A stretch of DNA of 64,000 nucleotides, from positions 18,409-82,408 of the forward strand of contig JAJYNJ010000097.1 of the NCBI GenBank assembly GCA_021786385.1, read 5' to 3'. This document shows, one piece after another, positions 9,546 to 19,430 of the stretch. The translations under genes and the position numbers were made by a program. The notes under the pieces were generated by a model. The model saw only the letters and a list, made by a program, of their open reading frames with translations. It had not been told where the DNA came from and searched no databases. The stretch comes from Chloroflexota bacterium. GTDB taxonomy: Bacteria > Chloroflexota > Limnocylindria > Limnocylindrales > CSP1-4. How positions within the stretch are numbered: position 1 is the first letter of the stretch; each line of letters starts with the position of its first letter.

Positions 9546-10247
9546 GTGAGCCGTGCGGCCCAGCCGCAAACGAAGCTCGTGGGCGATCGACCGGGCCTCG
9601 TCGACTTCGTCCTCGACCGTTTGGCCCAGCTATATGGCGTGCCCGCCTGGCAGCCGCGCCGCCCCCCGACCGACGAGCTGGTCCTCACGATCCTTTCGCA
9701 GCACACCAGCGACCGCAACGCCGAGCGCGCCTTCGACCAGCTCGTGCAACGCGTCGGCGACTGGGACACGGTCGCCCACGCGCCGCTCGACGAGGTGGCC
9801 ACGGCGATCGCCAGCGGCGGACTCGCCCAACAGAAAGCGCCACGCATCCAGGCCGCCCTGCGGCAGATCCGTGAAGAACGCGGCGACTACGCGCTCGATT
9901 TCCTCGGTGGGATGGCGCCCCGCGACGCACGCGACTGGCTGGTCCGTCTTCCCGGCGTCGGTCCGAAAACCGCGTCCGTGGTCCTCCTCTTCTGTTTCGA
10001 CCTCCCGTTGATGCCGATCGACACGCACGTCCACCGCGTCACCCTGCGGATCGGGCTCATCCCAACGGGCACGCCCGCCGATCGCGCCCACGACCTCGCG
10101 CTCGAGATCTTCCCGCCCGACCGGATGTACGAGGCGCACGTCAACCTGATCACGCACGGGCGCCGTACGTGCACCGCGCTCAGGCCCGCCTGCTCGCGCT
10201 GCCCGGTCGCCCCGCGCTGTCGTTACCTCGATCCCCGGGCACCGTGA
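9546..10247 (+). CDS. nth: Endonuclease III-family HhH-GPD DNA glycosylase (start uncertain; the frame is open from 9024)
   Basis: LVLTILSQHTSD, HhH LPGVGPKTA, PIDTHVHRV, HVNLITHGR and the 4Fe-4S motif CTALRPACSRCPVAPRC. Confidence 0.85.
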   Translation: MSRAAQPQTKLVGDRPGLVDFVLDRLAQLYGVPAWQPRRPPTDELVLTILSQHTSDRNAERAFDQLVQRVGDWDTVAHAPLDEVATAIASGGLAQQKAPRIQAALRQIREERGDYALDFLGGMAPRDARDWLVRLPGVGPKTASVVLLFCFDLPLMPIDTHVHRVTLRIGLIPTGTPADRAHDLALEIFPPDRMYEAHVNLITHGRRTCTALRPACSRCPVAPRCRYLDPRAP

Positions 10248-10281
10248 AACCCGGGACGCCGCACTGCTGGAGGCCTGCTCC

Positions 10282-11937
10282 ATGACGTTCCAGTCACTCG
10301 TCGACGACTTCCTCGAGCACGAGTTCGCGCTGTCCCCGATCCGGGCGAGCCAGCTCGGTCTCACGCAGTACGACGAGCGCTTCGACGAGCTCTCGGCGGC
10401 GTCGTTCGAGGCGCGCGACGCCGAAGCGGCCGAGTGGCTGCAGCGCTTCGACGCGGTCGCGGAGGGCGAACTCACGCCGGCCGAGCAGATCGATCGGGAG
10501 CTGATCCGTGCGGTCCTGCGGGGCCGGCTGATCCTCGCCGACTGGCAAGACTGGCGACGCGACCCAGCGACGTACACCAACCCGGCCCTCGACGGCATCT
10601 TCACGCTCTTCCTGCATCGCCTGCGGCCGGAGGCCGATCTGATCGCGGCGGCGATCGCGCGGATGCGGGAGATCCCTCGCGCTCTCCAGGAGGGGAGGGC
10701 GAACCTCGATCCCGCGCTGGCCCATCCGTTGATCCTGCGACGCGGTGCGGGCGCGGCCCGCGGCGGGGCGCGCTACCTGCGCGAGCTGCTGCCGGCCGAC
10801 GTGGCCCCCGGCGAGGGACGCGATCGGCTGGCCGCGGCCGGCGCCGACGCTGGGCGCGCCATGGAGGAGTGGGCCGCCCACCTCGAGCGTCTCGCCGAGG
10901 TGGCAACCGGCACGTGGCAGCTCGGCGAAGCGCGCTACACGCGGCTGCTGCGCGACAGGGAGCTGCTCGAGATCGACACGCGCGGGCTGCGCGAGCGGGG
11001 CCGCGCGGAGTACGACCGCCTGGCCGCCGAGATGGCGGAGGTGGCGCGCCGCGCCCGCGGGACCGACGACTGGGCCACCGTCCTCGAGGAGGCGGGCCAC
11101 GACCATCCGCCGACGGAGGAGGCGATGCGCCAGGGCTACGCGGACTGGACGGCCCGGGCCCGCGCGTTTCTCGCCCGGACCGGACTCGTGACATTGCCGC
11201 CCGGCGAGCGCTGCGTAGTGGAGCCCTCGCCCGTCTTCCAGCGACCCGTCCTCGGCGTCGCCTCCTACAACGCGCCGCCGTCCTTCTCCGATTCCTGGAC
11301 CGGGCACTTCTTCGTGCCGTTCGCGCCTGACGGCACGCCGGCGGAGGAGGTCCAGCAGCGGCTCGAGGCGAACAGCTGGGGCGACATCCCGACCACCTCG
11401 GTGCACGAGGCGTACCCTGGTCACCACTGGCACCTGGTGATGCGCAAGCGCAACCCGAGCCGCGTCCGGCGCGTCTTCGGGACACCGTACTTCACAGAGG
11501 GCTGGGCGCTCTATGCGGAGCGCGTCATGCGCGAGCGCGGCTTCTTCACGGATCCCATCCAGGAACTCTGCCACCTGAACGCCACGCTCTTCCGCGCGGC
11601 CCGCATCATCGTGGACACGAGCCTCCACATGGGCGAGATGACCTACGACGAGGCAGTGGAGTTCATGCGGACGAAGGCGGGGCTGCCCGAGCCGACGGCG
11701 AAGGCCGAGGTGGGCCGCTACTGCTCCTGGCCGACCCAGGCCTCGGCGTACCTGACGGGCTGCCTCGAGATCCTGCGGATCCGTCGCGATTGGCTCGCCG
11801 CGCGCGGCCTGCGCGGCGTCGCACCGGCGGACGCACCGGTCGCCGCGCTGCGCGAGTTCCACGACACGATCACCGAGAGCGGTGCGCTGCCGCTGGGCCT
11901 CGCCGAGCGCGTGATGATCCGGCAGCGGCCGGCGTGA
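10282..11937 (+). CDS. DUF885 family protein (putative metallopeptidase-like)
   Basis: HEAYPGHHWH, FTEGWALYAE, RAARIIVDTSLH and RYCSWPTQASAYLTG are typical DUF885 motifs. Confidence 0.85.
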   Translation: MTFQSLVDDFLEHEFALSPIRASQLGLTQYDERFDELSAASFEARDAEAAEWLQRFDAVAEGELTPAEQIDRELIRAVLRGRLILADWQDWRRDPATYTNPALDGIFTLFLHRLRPEADLIAAAIARMREIPRALQEGRANLDPALAHPLILRRGAGAARGGARYLRELLPADVAPGEGRDRLAAAGADAGRAMEEWAAHLERLAEVATGTWQLGEARYTRLLRDRELLEIDTRGLRERGRAEYDRLAAEMAEVARRARGTDDWATVLEEAGHDHPPTEEAMRQGYADWTARARAFLARTGLVTLPPGERCVVEPSPVFQRPVLGVASYNAPPSFSDSWTGHFFVPFAPDGTPAEEVQQRLEANSWGDIPTTSVHEAYPGHHWHLVMRKRNPSRVRRVFGTPYFTEGWALYAERVMRERGFFTDPIQELCHLNATLFRAARIIVDTSLHMGEMTYDEAVEFMRTKAGLPEPTAKAEVGRYCSWPTQASAYLTGCLEILRIRRDWLAARGLRGVAPADAPVAALREFHDTITESGALPLGLAERVMIRQRPA

Positions 11938-12034
11938 CGCGCTGCCGACCCGTTTCCGGGCGGCCCGCGTGAGAACAGGTCAGCGGTCGACGTCTTGCGC
12001 GACCCCAGTGCGGCGACCGGCAGATCCACGGTGC

Positions 12035-12106
12035 ATCCGCGCCTGAGTGGCAATCCGCGCAAGAGCTGCAGTCCGCGCCGGAGTTGCAACCCGCGCCCGA
12101 GTTGCA
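12035..12106. repeat. Imperfect 18-bp tandem repeat x4
   Basis: ATCCGCGCCTGAGTGGCA, ATCCGCGCAAGAGCTGCA, GTCCGCGCCGGAGTTGCA, ACCCGCGCCCGAGTTGCA. Confidence 0.85.
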
Positions 12107-12329
12107 ATGGCAGATGCAAGGCTCCACCGGATACCGTAAGGACGGCTGGGCGCGGTTGCGCCCGGTGGTCGCCGGCCCAACGCGCGCGTCGGTGGCTACC
12201 TCGGGTCGGCCGGTTGTCGGCGTCGGCGCCTGCCCGGGTCGGCCACGTATAGGACGATCGGTGTATTGCGTGGCATGCGGCCACTGGTACGATCCCGTGA
12301 CCCCGAGGGTGGAGCGTCGTAGCCGGCAG

Positions 12330-13097
12330 ATGACACACACGCACGTTCAGCGGCGCGCCTCCGGCCGGCACCTGGCGTGGCTCGCCGTGATCGCACTCGC
12401 GGTCGCGGCTTGCTCGTCCACGGCGCCGGGATCCACGACGCCCTCTGCAGGGCTCCCCGACGGGATCCCGGTGCCGGCCGAGGCCGTGGTCGTGGTCGGC
12501 CAGGATGGCGGCTACGATGCCGGCGCCACGCTCTACGGCTTCAGCTCGGACCTGGCTCCGGCAGATGCGGCGCGGGCGTACGCGGCACAGCTGCTTGCGG
12601 CGGGCTTCACGCACGCCGGCCGCAACGGAACGTGGTCCCTGTACCGCAACGGTGCGCTGCTCGTCGCGGTCCGTGTCGGGGCGAGCGGCCCGCCCAGCGA
12701 CCTGCTCGTGCGCGTGACCAGGCTGTCGGCCCATCCCGCGCCATCCGCAACAGGCAGCGGAGGCAAGGGCAACGGAAATCTCGGCACCAACGGCAAGCCC
12801 AGTGGGAACGGCAACCCTACTCTTGGGGGCAACGGGAAACCCGACGGCAACCCTGCCGCCGTCGGCGGCAACGGCAACCCCGCTCGCGGCAGCAGCGGCC
12901 ATCCGGGCGCCAACGCCAACGCCAACCCGAACGCCAACCCCGCCAACGCCGGTGCTACCGGGAACCCCGATCCCGGCGTGAGCGGCGCTGCGGCCACCCC
13001 GGCTCCGCAGCCACCTCCGCCGCACGGCCAGCCCTTGGTCCCACCCGGACAGGCCAAGCCCGCCTCCTCCGGCGGCGCCACGCACCCCCACCCGTGA
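12330..13097 (+). CDS. Putative lipoprotein with a Gly/Asn/Pro-rich C-terminal tail
   Basis: Signal peptide with lipobox (LAVIALAVAAC), a small globular region, then GNGKP/NANANP low-complexity repeats. It ends 7 nt before the response regulator. Confidence 0.65.
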   Translation: MTHTHVQRRASGRHLAWLAVIALAVAACSSTAPGSTTPSAGLPDGIPVPAEAVVVVGQDGGYDAGATLYGFSSDLAPADAARAYAAQLLAAGFTHAGRNGTWSLYRNGALLVAVRVGASGPPSDLLVRVTRLSAHPAPSATGSGGKGNGNLGTNGKPSGNGNPTLGGNGKPDGNPAAVGGNGNPARGSSGHPGANANANPNANPANAGATGNPDPGVSGAAATPAPQPPPPHGQPLVPPGQAKPASSGGATHPHP

Positions 13098-13104
13098 CCC
13101 GGCC

Positions 13105-13806
13105 GTGGTGACTGACCAGGTCCGCCGCGTCATGCTCGTCGACGACGACGTACGCCTGCTCGCGCAATTGAGCGAGCGCCTCGAGCGTGACGGATTCGAC
13201 GTCCAGCCGGTTAGATCCGGTCCGGAGGCCATCTCACGCTTCACCGCCTTTGCGCCCGACATCGTGGTCCTCGACCTGATGATGCCCGGCATGGACGGCG
13301 AGGAGACCGCCGAACGGCTGCTGCGCATCGCCGATGTCCCCATCATCGTCCTCTCCGCGGTCACCGCCGGTGAGAGCAAGGTCAAGCTGATCGAGCGCTA
13401 CGCCGAGGACTACGTGACGAAACCGTTCGACTACGCGGAGCTCCGCGCCCGCATCAAGCGTGTGGCGCACCGCCTGGGCGAGCGGGTCCGCGAGCGCGAG
13501 CTGCGCCTCGGCCCGGATCTGACGCTCGTCCTGCAGCGGCGCGAGGCGTGGGTCTTGGGCCGGCGCATCCCACTCAGCCCCATCGAGGTCCGGCTCCTCG
13601 CTGCCTTGGCGCGCGACCTGGGCCGAGTGGTTCGGACCGACCAGCTGGTCGCACGCGGGTGGAGTGAAGTGGACGGCGCAGACGAATCGTTCGTCTGGGT
13701 GTCCATTCGTCGCCTGCGCCAGAAGATCGAACCCGATCCCGACCACCCACGCTACCTCGTCACCGAGCGGGGGGTCGGCTACCGGCTGATCCCGGCCGCT
13801 GCCTAG
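13105..13806 (+). CDS. OmpR-family response regulator (RR1)
   Basis: Receiver (LVDDD, VLDLMMPGMDG, DYVTKPF) and wHTH (SIRRLRQKIEPDPDHPRYLVTERGVGYR). Confidence 0.93.
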   Translation: MVTDQVRRVMLVDDDVRLLAQLSERLERDGFDVQPVRSGPEAISRFTAFAPDIVVLDLMMPGMDGEETAERLLRIADVPIIVLSAVTAGESKVKLIERYAEDYVTKPFDYAELRARIKRVAHRLGERVRERELRLGPDLTLVLQRREAWVLGRRIPLSPIEVRLLAALARDLGRVVRTDQLVARGWSEVDGADESFVWVSIRRLRQKIEPDPDHPRYLVTERGVGYRLIPAAA

Positions 13807-13812
13807 TCGCCG

Positions 13813-15931
13813 ATGGTGCCGCGCCGGGGGCTCAGCTACCGGCAGCAACAGACCTTGTCGCTCCTGGCGTTGGCGATCCTGCCGATCGTGCTCGTCGCGG
13901 CCCTCGTGCTGGGACAGGTGGACGCGGCGGTGCGCGCCGAGGCGGACGGGCGAGCCGTCGATGCCGCGCGCCGTCGAGAGCATCCTCGGATCTGACGCCG
14001 CCGCGCTCGACCGGCTGGCGGAGAGCTACACCACTTGGAACGTGCTGCAGGACGAGGTGGCTGGACTGCACGACCAGGCGATCGCCTCGTCGGTCGTTGA
14101 TTTCCAGGTCGATCAGGGCGGCGTCGACGCCGCGGTCGTCGTCGCTGGTGACCATGCCGTGGCTGGCGGGCCGAGCGACATCGTCGGCACACTCGAACGG
14201 CTCGTTCGCGCCGCGCTGGACACCCCGGGCGCGATGCCCAGCGCGGGCCTCTATGCCGACCTGGCGGGCGGCGTCTACCACGTCGCGTTTCAGCCGATCG
14301 ACCTCTCGGGCCGCTCCGGGCCGGGTGTGGAAGCCGCCGGAGGCCGGGCTGGACTGGCGTTCGCGGAGCGGCTTGGCTCGGACTTCGTCGTCGCCGCGAA
14401 GCGGCTGACCGGGTTCGACGTCGCCGTGTACGACGTCTCGGGCGCGCTCACGGCGGCCTCCGATCAGACGATCGCCGAGCAGTCGGCACCGGCGGACCGG
14501 GTAGCGTCGGCCACGGCCGACGTGCTCGTCGCACAGCGGCGGCCCAACGACATCGTCGCCGTCGCATTCCCGGTCGGGGGCGGCGCCTCCGGGGCAGCCG
14601 GCACGGTTGTCGTCGCCACGCAGCTCGGGCTCGCGGCCGCCATCGGGGCCAGCCTCTTGCCGTACCTCGCGGTCCTGCTCGCCCTCGTGCTCGTCTTCGC
14701 GGCATCGCTGGCGGTCTACCTCGCCGATCTCCTACGTCGGCGGCTTGGCGCCCTCGAAGCGGGGATCGCCGCAGTGGCTGCGGGCGACCTCACGGCACCG
14801 TTGCCGGGAGGCGACCGGGACCCGCTCGACCGCCTGGGGGCGTCGCACAACCGGCTGGCCGCGGCGCTCGAACGGCGTGAGCGCATTGTGTGGCGCTCGC
14901 TCGAGGCGCTGGAGGCGCTGCGGCCCGACCGCGGCCCCACGGCCCTGGTCGGCGCCGTGCTCGATGCCGGTCGCTCGATCTTCGAACTCGATGCCTGCTG
15001 GCTCCGCGACGCAAACGACGCGGTCATGACCATTGCACCGCCAGGGAAGATCGCCGTCGCCCCTGCGCCGGTGTCGGCCAACTTGGGGGCCATCCCGGGC
15101 CACCGCTTGGAAGGCGCGGGCCCGTCCGTCGGCGCATGGACCGTGGCTGACCGCGCCCTCTTCGGCCTCTTCGCCCGCGAGGCCGGCGTGGCGCTGCGCA
15201 ACGCGGGACTTCACGAGGAGACGGCGCGTCGAACCGAGCAGCTCGGTCGGGCCCATGCGCTGCAGCGGGAGTTCGTGCGGGGCCTAGGGCACAACCTGCA
15301 GGCGCCGCTTGCGCGCATCCTGATGGCCTCTGAGGGTCTGGCCGTCGCGTCTGGACTGGACAAGGCAGGCCGGCGCCGCGCGGACGAGATCAATGCCGAT
15401 GCCGACCGACTCGCCCGGGTCGTTCGCGAGCTACTGACAGCGACGCGCCTCGACGCCGGCGTCTTCGTCCCGGCGAGCGAGCCGTTTGCGCTCGCACCCG
15501 CGGTCCGACGGGCCTGGCACGCCTTGGGGACCGACCGCCGGCTCGACCTGGTCGATCGGAGCACCGGCTGGCTCGCCGTGGCCGATCGAGAGGCGGCCGA
15601 ACAGGTGCTCTGGATCCTGCTCGACAACGCGATCCGCTACGCACCGGCCGGCCCAGTGCACGTGTCGATCTCGTCGGACGAGCCCGGCGAGCCGACGGTG
15701 CGCGTGCGTGACGAGGGCCCCGGCGTGCCACGTGCCGAGCGTGCCCGCATCTTCCGCCGCTTCCAGCGCGGGTCGACCGCCGGCGGACACGAGGGGACCG
15801 GGCTCGGCCTCGACGTCGCCCGGCGGCTGTTGCGCACGATGGGCGGGCGCATCCGCTACGAGGAGGGTCGCGAGGGCGGCGCGACGTTTGCCTTCACGCT
15901 GCCGGCGGAACGCGTTGCCGGCCCCGAATGA
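13813..15931 (+). pseudogene. HAMP-GAF-HisKA-HATPase sensor kinase (HK1), frameshifted near 13965
   Basis: The first TM segment is in ORF 13813..13995 and the rest is in ORF 13961..15931. The frame change falls in the run CCGCGCGCC. H-box GLGHNLQAPL, N-box LLDNAIRY, DEGPG, GTGLGL. Confidence 0.75.
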
Positions 15932-15988
15932 GTGGGGTGCGCGGCCCGGAGTGAGCCCGGGGATCCGTGCCGGGATGAGCCCCGGCGC

Positions 15989-15997
15989 TGCTATGCT
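15989..15997 (+). promoter_or_regulatory. Extended -10 element (TGcTATGCT), probably a leaderless start for RR2
   Basis: TATGCT at 15992-15997, 6 nt before ATG 16004; no SD sequence. Confidence 0.45.
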
Positions 15998-16003
15998 GAC
16001 CCC

Positions 16004-16747
16004 ATGACCACGGCTCCGCGGCCCGTGCGGATCCTCCTCGTCGACGACGACCCGAACTTGCTCGTGGTGCTCGTCGACCAGCTCCGTGACGACGGGTTCG
16101 AGGTCGCGACCGCGCGCGACGGGTTCGAAGCCATCCGGCGCCTGGAGCAGGGCTGGCCAGACCTGCTGATCGTCGATCTCATGATGCCCCGCATGGACGG
16201 TCTCACCCTCGCGCGCCAGATCAAGGAACGGGCCGACCTGCCCGTGATCGTGCTCTCCGCGGTCGACAGTGGCGACTCCAAGGCAAGCACGCTCGAGGCT
16301 GTCGCCGAGGACTACGTCACCAAACCGTTCCATTACCCGGAGCTGCGGGCGCGCATCCACCGCGTCCTGCGACGCGTCGGCGACGCCGTGCCGTCCGGCG
16401 CGCTGCCCCTCGGCCCCGCGCTGATCCTCGACCTGCAGAAACGCCGCGCCATCGTCGACGGCCGCGTGGTGGCGCTGACTCCCGCCGAGTCGCGGCTGCT
16501 CTACGCGCTGGCCGCCAATCTGGGCCGCGTCGTCTCGACCGAGACGCTGCTGGCGCGTGGCTGGTCGGACGCCGAGGTGCCTGATCCGTCCTACGTCTGG
16601 GTCACGATGCGCCGGCTGCGCCAGAAGCTGGAGGCCGACCCAGATCACCCGGTCTACCTGGAGACGATCCGGGGCGCCGGTTACCGGCTGCGGCGGGCCG
16701 AGATGGGCGACTCGGAGGCCAGCGGCGCGGATCGCGCGTCGCGCTGA
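16004..16747 (+). CDS. OmpR-family response regulator (RR2), paralog of RR1
   Basis: LVDDD, IVDLMMPRMDG, EDYVTKPF, SYVWVTMRRLRQKLEADPDHP, RGAGYR. Confidence 0.92.
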   Translation: MTTAPRPVRILLVDDDPNLLVVLVDQLRDDGFEVATARDGFEAIRRLEQGWPDLLIVDLMMPRMDGLTLARQIKERADLPVIVLSAVDSGDSKASTLEAVAEDYVTKPFHYPELRARIHRVLRRVGDAVPSGALPLGPALILDLQKRRAIVDGRVVALTPAESRLLYALAANLGRVVSTETLLARGWSDAEVPDPSYVWVTMRRLRQKLEADPDHPVYLETIRGAGYRLRRAEMGDSEASGADRASR

Positions 16748-16862
16748 TCCCGAGCGGCCGACCGGCCCGCACCCAGTGCCCGGGCACCCATCTCGCCTGC
16801 CCGGTGCCTCTAGGCACCGCTGCTATTCGACCTGCAAGGCGCGATGGTGACACTGGCTTGGT

Positions 16863-17723
16863 ATGCCGCGTCCAGCTACTCTGCTCGCCCGCCTCCGCCC
16901 GCCCTCCCGCGGCCAGGCGCTGGTGGAGCTCGCGCTGGTCCTGCCGATCTTCCTTCTGGTCCTCGCCACCGCCGCGGACTTCGCTCGGGTCTTCTACGGC
17001 TACGTGACAATCCAAAGCGCCGCAAAAGAAGGCGCCCTGTATGGTGCCGTGAACCCTGGGTGCCCGACCGCCGGGGCACAGCCCGCGCCTACGTGCAGCG
17101 ATCCCAACAACGTAGCCTGGCACGTGGCCCAAGAGACGACGAACCTCAGCGGGGTCACCAGCACAGCAAGATGCCTCCACGCGGGTACGTCCGTTCCGGT
17201 CACACAATGCCAACCGGGCGACACCTACGACGTCACGGTCGCGTACAGCTTGAACCTGCTTACACCGCTCCTGCAGCCGCTCTTCCCCTCTGGCGTCGCC
17301 CTCAGCTCCGACGCCAAGGCGGTCGTCTACAACCCGGGCAGCGTCCCCGCAGGGACGCCGGTTCCCGGCCCAACCCCGACGCCAACGCCCACGCCATCCC
17401 CGTCTTCGAGCGCCACCACCACGCCCACGGCGTTTCCCACGGCGACGCCCACACCAACCACGGCACCAACACCCGCCCCGAGTCCATGTGGCCTGGCCCC
17501 GAACTTCAGCTGGAGCGAATCGGGGAAGAGCGGACGGCTCTCGTTCAGCGGCGCGTCCACAGGGACGCCAACGAGCTGGGCGTGGGCGTTCGGCGACGGA
17601 TCGACGGGCGCTGGCCAATCGGTAACGCACGACTACGCAACACCTGGCAGTTACACCGTAACACTCACCGTCAGCAGCGGCACGTGCCAGGTTTCGACCA
17701 ACAAGTCGATCACGGTGCCATAG
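16863..17723 (+). CDS. TadE-like pseudopilin with Pro/Thr linker and C-terminal PKD domain
   Basis: Prepilin site RG|QALVELALVLP, AAKEGALYG, a PTPT linker, and PKD motifs WAWAFGDG and HDYATPGSYTVTLTV. Confidence 0.85.
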   Translation: MPRPATLLARLRPPSRGQALVELALVLPIFLLVLATAADFARVFYGYVTIQSAAKEGALYGAVNPGCPTAGAQPAPTCSDPNNVAWHVAQETTNLSGVTSTARCLHAGTSVPVTQCQPGDTYDVTVAYSLNLLTPLLQPLFPSGVALSSDAKAVVYNPGSVPAGTPVPGPTPTPTPTPSPSSSATTTPTAFPTATPTPTTAPTPAPSPCGLAPNFSWSESGKSGRLSFSGASTGTPTSWAWAFGDGSTGAGQSVTHDYATPGSYTVTLTVSSGTCQVSTNKSITVP

Positions 17724-17725
17724 CG

Positions 17726-18160
17726 ATGCGCCGCCGCAGCTCCAGTCCGGCGTCGAGCGGGCAAGCACTCGTCGAGTTCTCCCTCGCGATCACCATCTTC
17801 GTCTGGCTGATGCTCGGCGTCTTCGACCTCGGACGCCTCGTCTACGTGAACACCGCCACGGCCCAAGCCGCGCGCGAAGCGGCCCGCTGGGGCTCCGTGC
17901 AGTTCAGATCCGCCTCGGACACCAGCCGCCAAACGATCGCGGCATATGCCGTCAACACCATGACGGCGGTCCCATCGCCAAGCGCCAGCGCGACGTGCAT
18001 GGAGAATGGCGCACCGATCGCCGACCCAAGCACCTGCCACGCCGGAGATCTTCTCGTCGTCCACGTGACGAGCGTCGTAGCGCCGATCACGCCGGTGATT
18101 GGGCAGCTCGTCGGCAACGTGACGGTATCCAGTTCCGCAGAGGTGACGGTTCAGCAATGA
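17726..18160 (+). CDS. TadE-like pseudopilin
   Basis: SG|QALVEFSLAIT, GVFDLGRLVY, AAREAARWG. Confidence 0.85.
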   Translation: MRRRSSSPASSGQALVEFSLAITIFVWLMLGVFDLGRLVYVNTATAQAAREAARWGSVQFRSASDTSRQTIAAYAVNTMTAVPSPSASATCMENGAPIADPSTCHAGDLLVVHVTSVVAPITPVIGQLVGNVTVSSSAEVTVQQ

Positions 18161-19200
18161 CGCGTCGGGTTTCGGGACCGTTCCGCGCCGAACACGCGCG
18201 GACCCAAGCGGGCCAGGCGATGCCCCTCTTCGCCATCGTGCTGGTCGGCCTGCTCTTGTTCGCCGGGCTTGCCGTGGACACCGGCTATGCCTTCGTCAAC
18301 CGGCGAGACGCCCAGAATGCGGCCGACCTGGCGGCGCTGGCAGGGACCAAGGTCATCGCGGACTTCTACGTCTCGAACCCAGGGCTGACCGGGGCCGACG
18401 TGTACAACCAGATCGCGACGTCCGTGCAGGAAAACTGCACAGCAACCGGCAACGCGTGCACGGGCTGGTCCGCAGCGTACGTGGACAACACGCTTGCTCC
18501 CATCGCGCCGGTCACCAACAGCGGTGGCATCCCCGGCGGCGCGCAAGGCGTCCAGGTCACGACGGCCAAGCAACCCCCGACGTTCTTCCTGAACCTTCCG
18601 CCAGTCAATCAGACGCACTGGTCGATCGGGGCTACTGCCACGGCGCTGACCGCCAGCGTGCAGGGATTGCCGCCCGGCCAAGTCCTCCCCATTGCCGCAA
18701 ATCCGCCGCACAACTACACGCCCGGGCAGCTAGTGAACCTGACGGACGGCAGCATGAACGGCCCTGGAAATTTCGGTTGGCTCTCCTGGTCTGGCCCGCC
18801 CAGCGAGCCAAACCTCGCAACGAGCCTCTGCACCCCCAACAACCCCTATCTCGCCTTCCCGGCTCTCGTCACCGGTGACCCGGGGCAGAAGAACGGAAAA
18901 GCCGTACGCGCGTGCCTCCAACAGTGGGTCACGAGCGGGACGGTCGTCTACATCCCGCTCTGGGCAAAGGGGCCGCTGTCCGCGCCAAATCAGAACTGTG
19001 TGACCGCGCCACAGGGGAGCTGGGGCCAGTACTGCATCACCGCGCTCGCGGCGTTCGTGCTGACCGGTTTCGACCAGCCCGCTGTCGACCAGATCACGGG
19101 GCGGTTCGTCGCGTTCTACACACTCCCGAGTGTGCCAGCGGGATACGGGGGCCCGCCAACACCCGGGTCAACCTCGTATTTCCTGGGTCTCGTGAAGTAG
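18157..19200 (+). CDS. TadG-like minor pilin (Tad N-terminal domain)
   Basis: AG|QAMPLFAIVL, GLAVDTG, AQNAADLAALAG, GPGNFGWLSW; ATGA overlap with the previous gene. Confidence 0.82.
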   Translation: MTRRVSGPFRAEHARTQAGQAMPLFAIVLVGLLLFAGLAVDTGYAFVNRRDAQNAADLAALAGTKVIADFYVSNPGLTGADVYNQIATSVQENCTATGNACTGWSAAYVDNTLAPIAPVTNSGGIPGGAQGVQVTTAKQPPTFFLNLPPVNQTHWSIGATATALTASVQGLPPGQVLPIAANPPHNYTPGQLVNLTDGSMNGPGNFGWLSWSGPPSEPNLATSLCTPNNPYLAFPALVTGDPGQKNGKAVRACLQQWVTSGTVVYIPLWAKGPLSAPNQNCVTAPQGSWGQYCITALAAFVLTGFDQPAVDQITGRFVAFYTLPSVPAGYGGPPTPGSTSYFLGLVK

Positions 19201-19430
19201 CCACCGCGGTCCGCGAAAGAGCCGCCCACCGTTCCAGAGAGGCAGCGCGTCAGGGAGCTCGGCTCGGCGACTGGCCGGCCGGCGTCCCGCATTCCGGCCA
19301 GCCAGCGCGACGACGGCCGTCTCGGTGGCCGGTCGAGCGCCGGAGGGGTACCAACGTCCCACCGGGAACTAGACCATCGTGCCATATGAGCGCAAGGTGT
19401 TCCGTAAGGTCGACGCCGCATCGTGAGTGC

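Noticed and set aside
11718-13385. 555-aa minus-strand ORF and similar long antisense ORFs (e.g. 5566..7344, 26383..28224, 41646..43250, 49396..51600, 55643..58666)
   Set aside because: Typical high-GC shadow ORFs opposite genes with clear family motifs; no recognisable motifs of their own.
19201-19430. c-di-GMP or other riboswitch between the Tad triplets
   Set aside because: I could not find the conserved motifs by eye; an Infernal/Rfam scan is needed.
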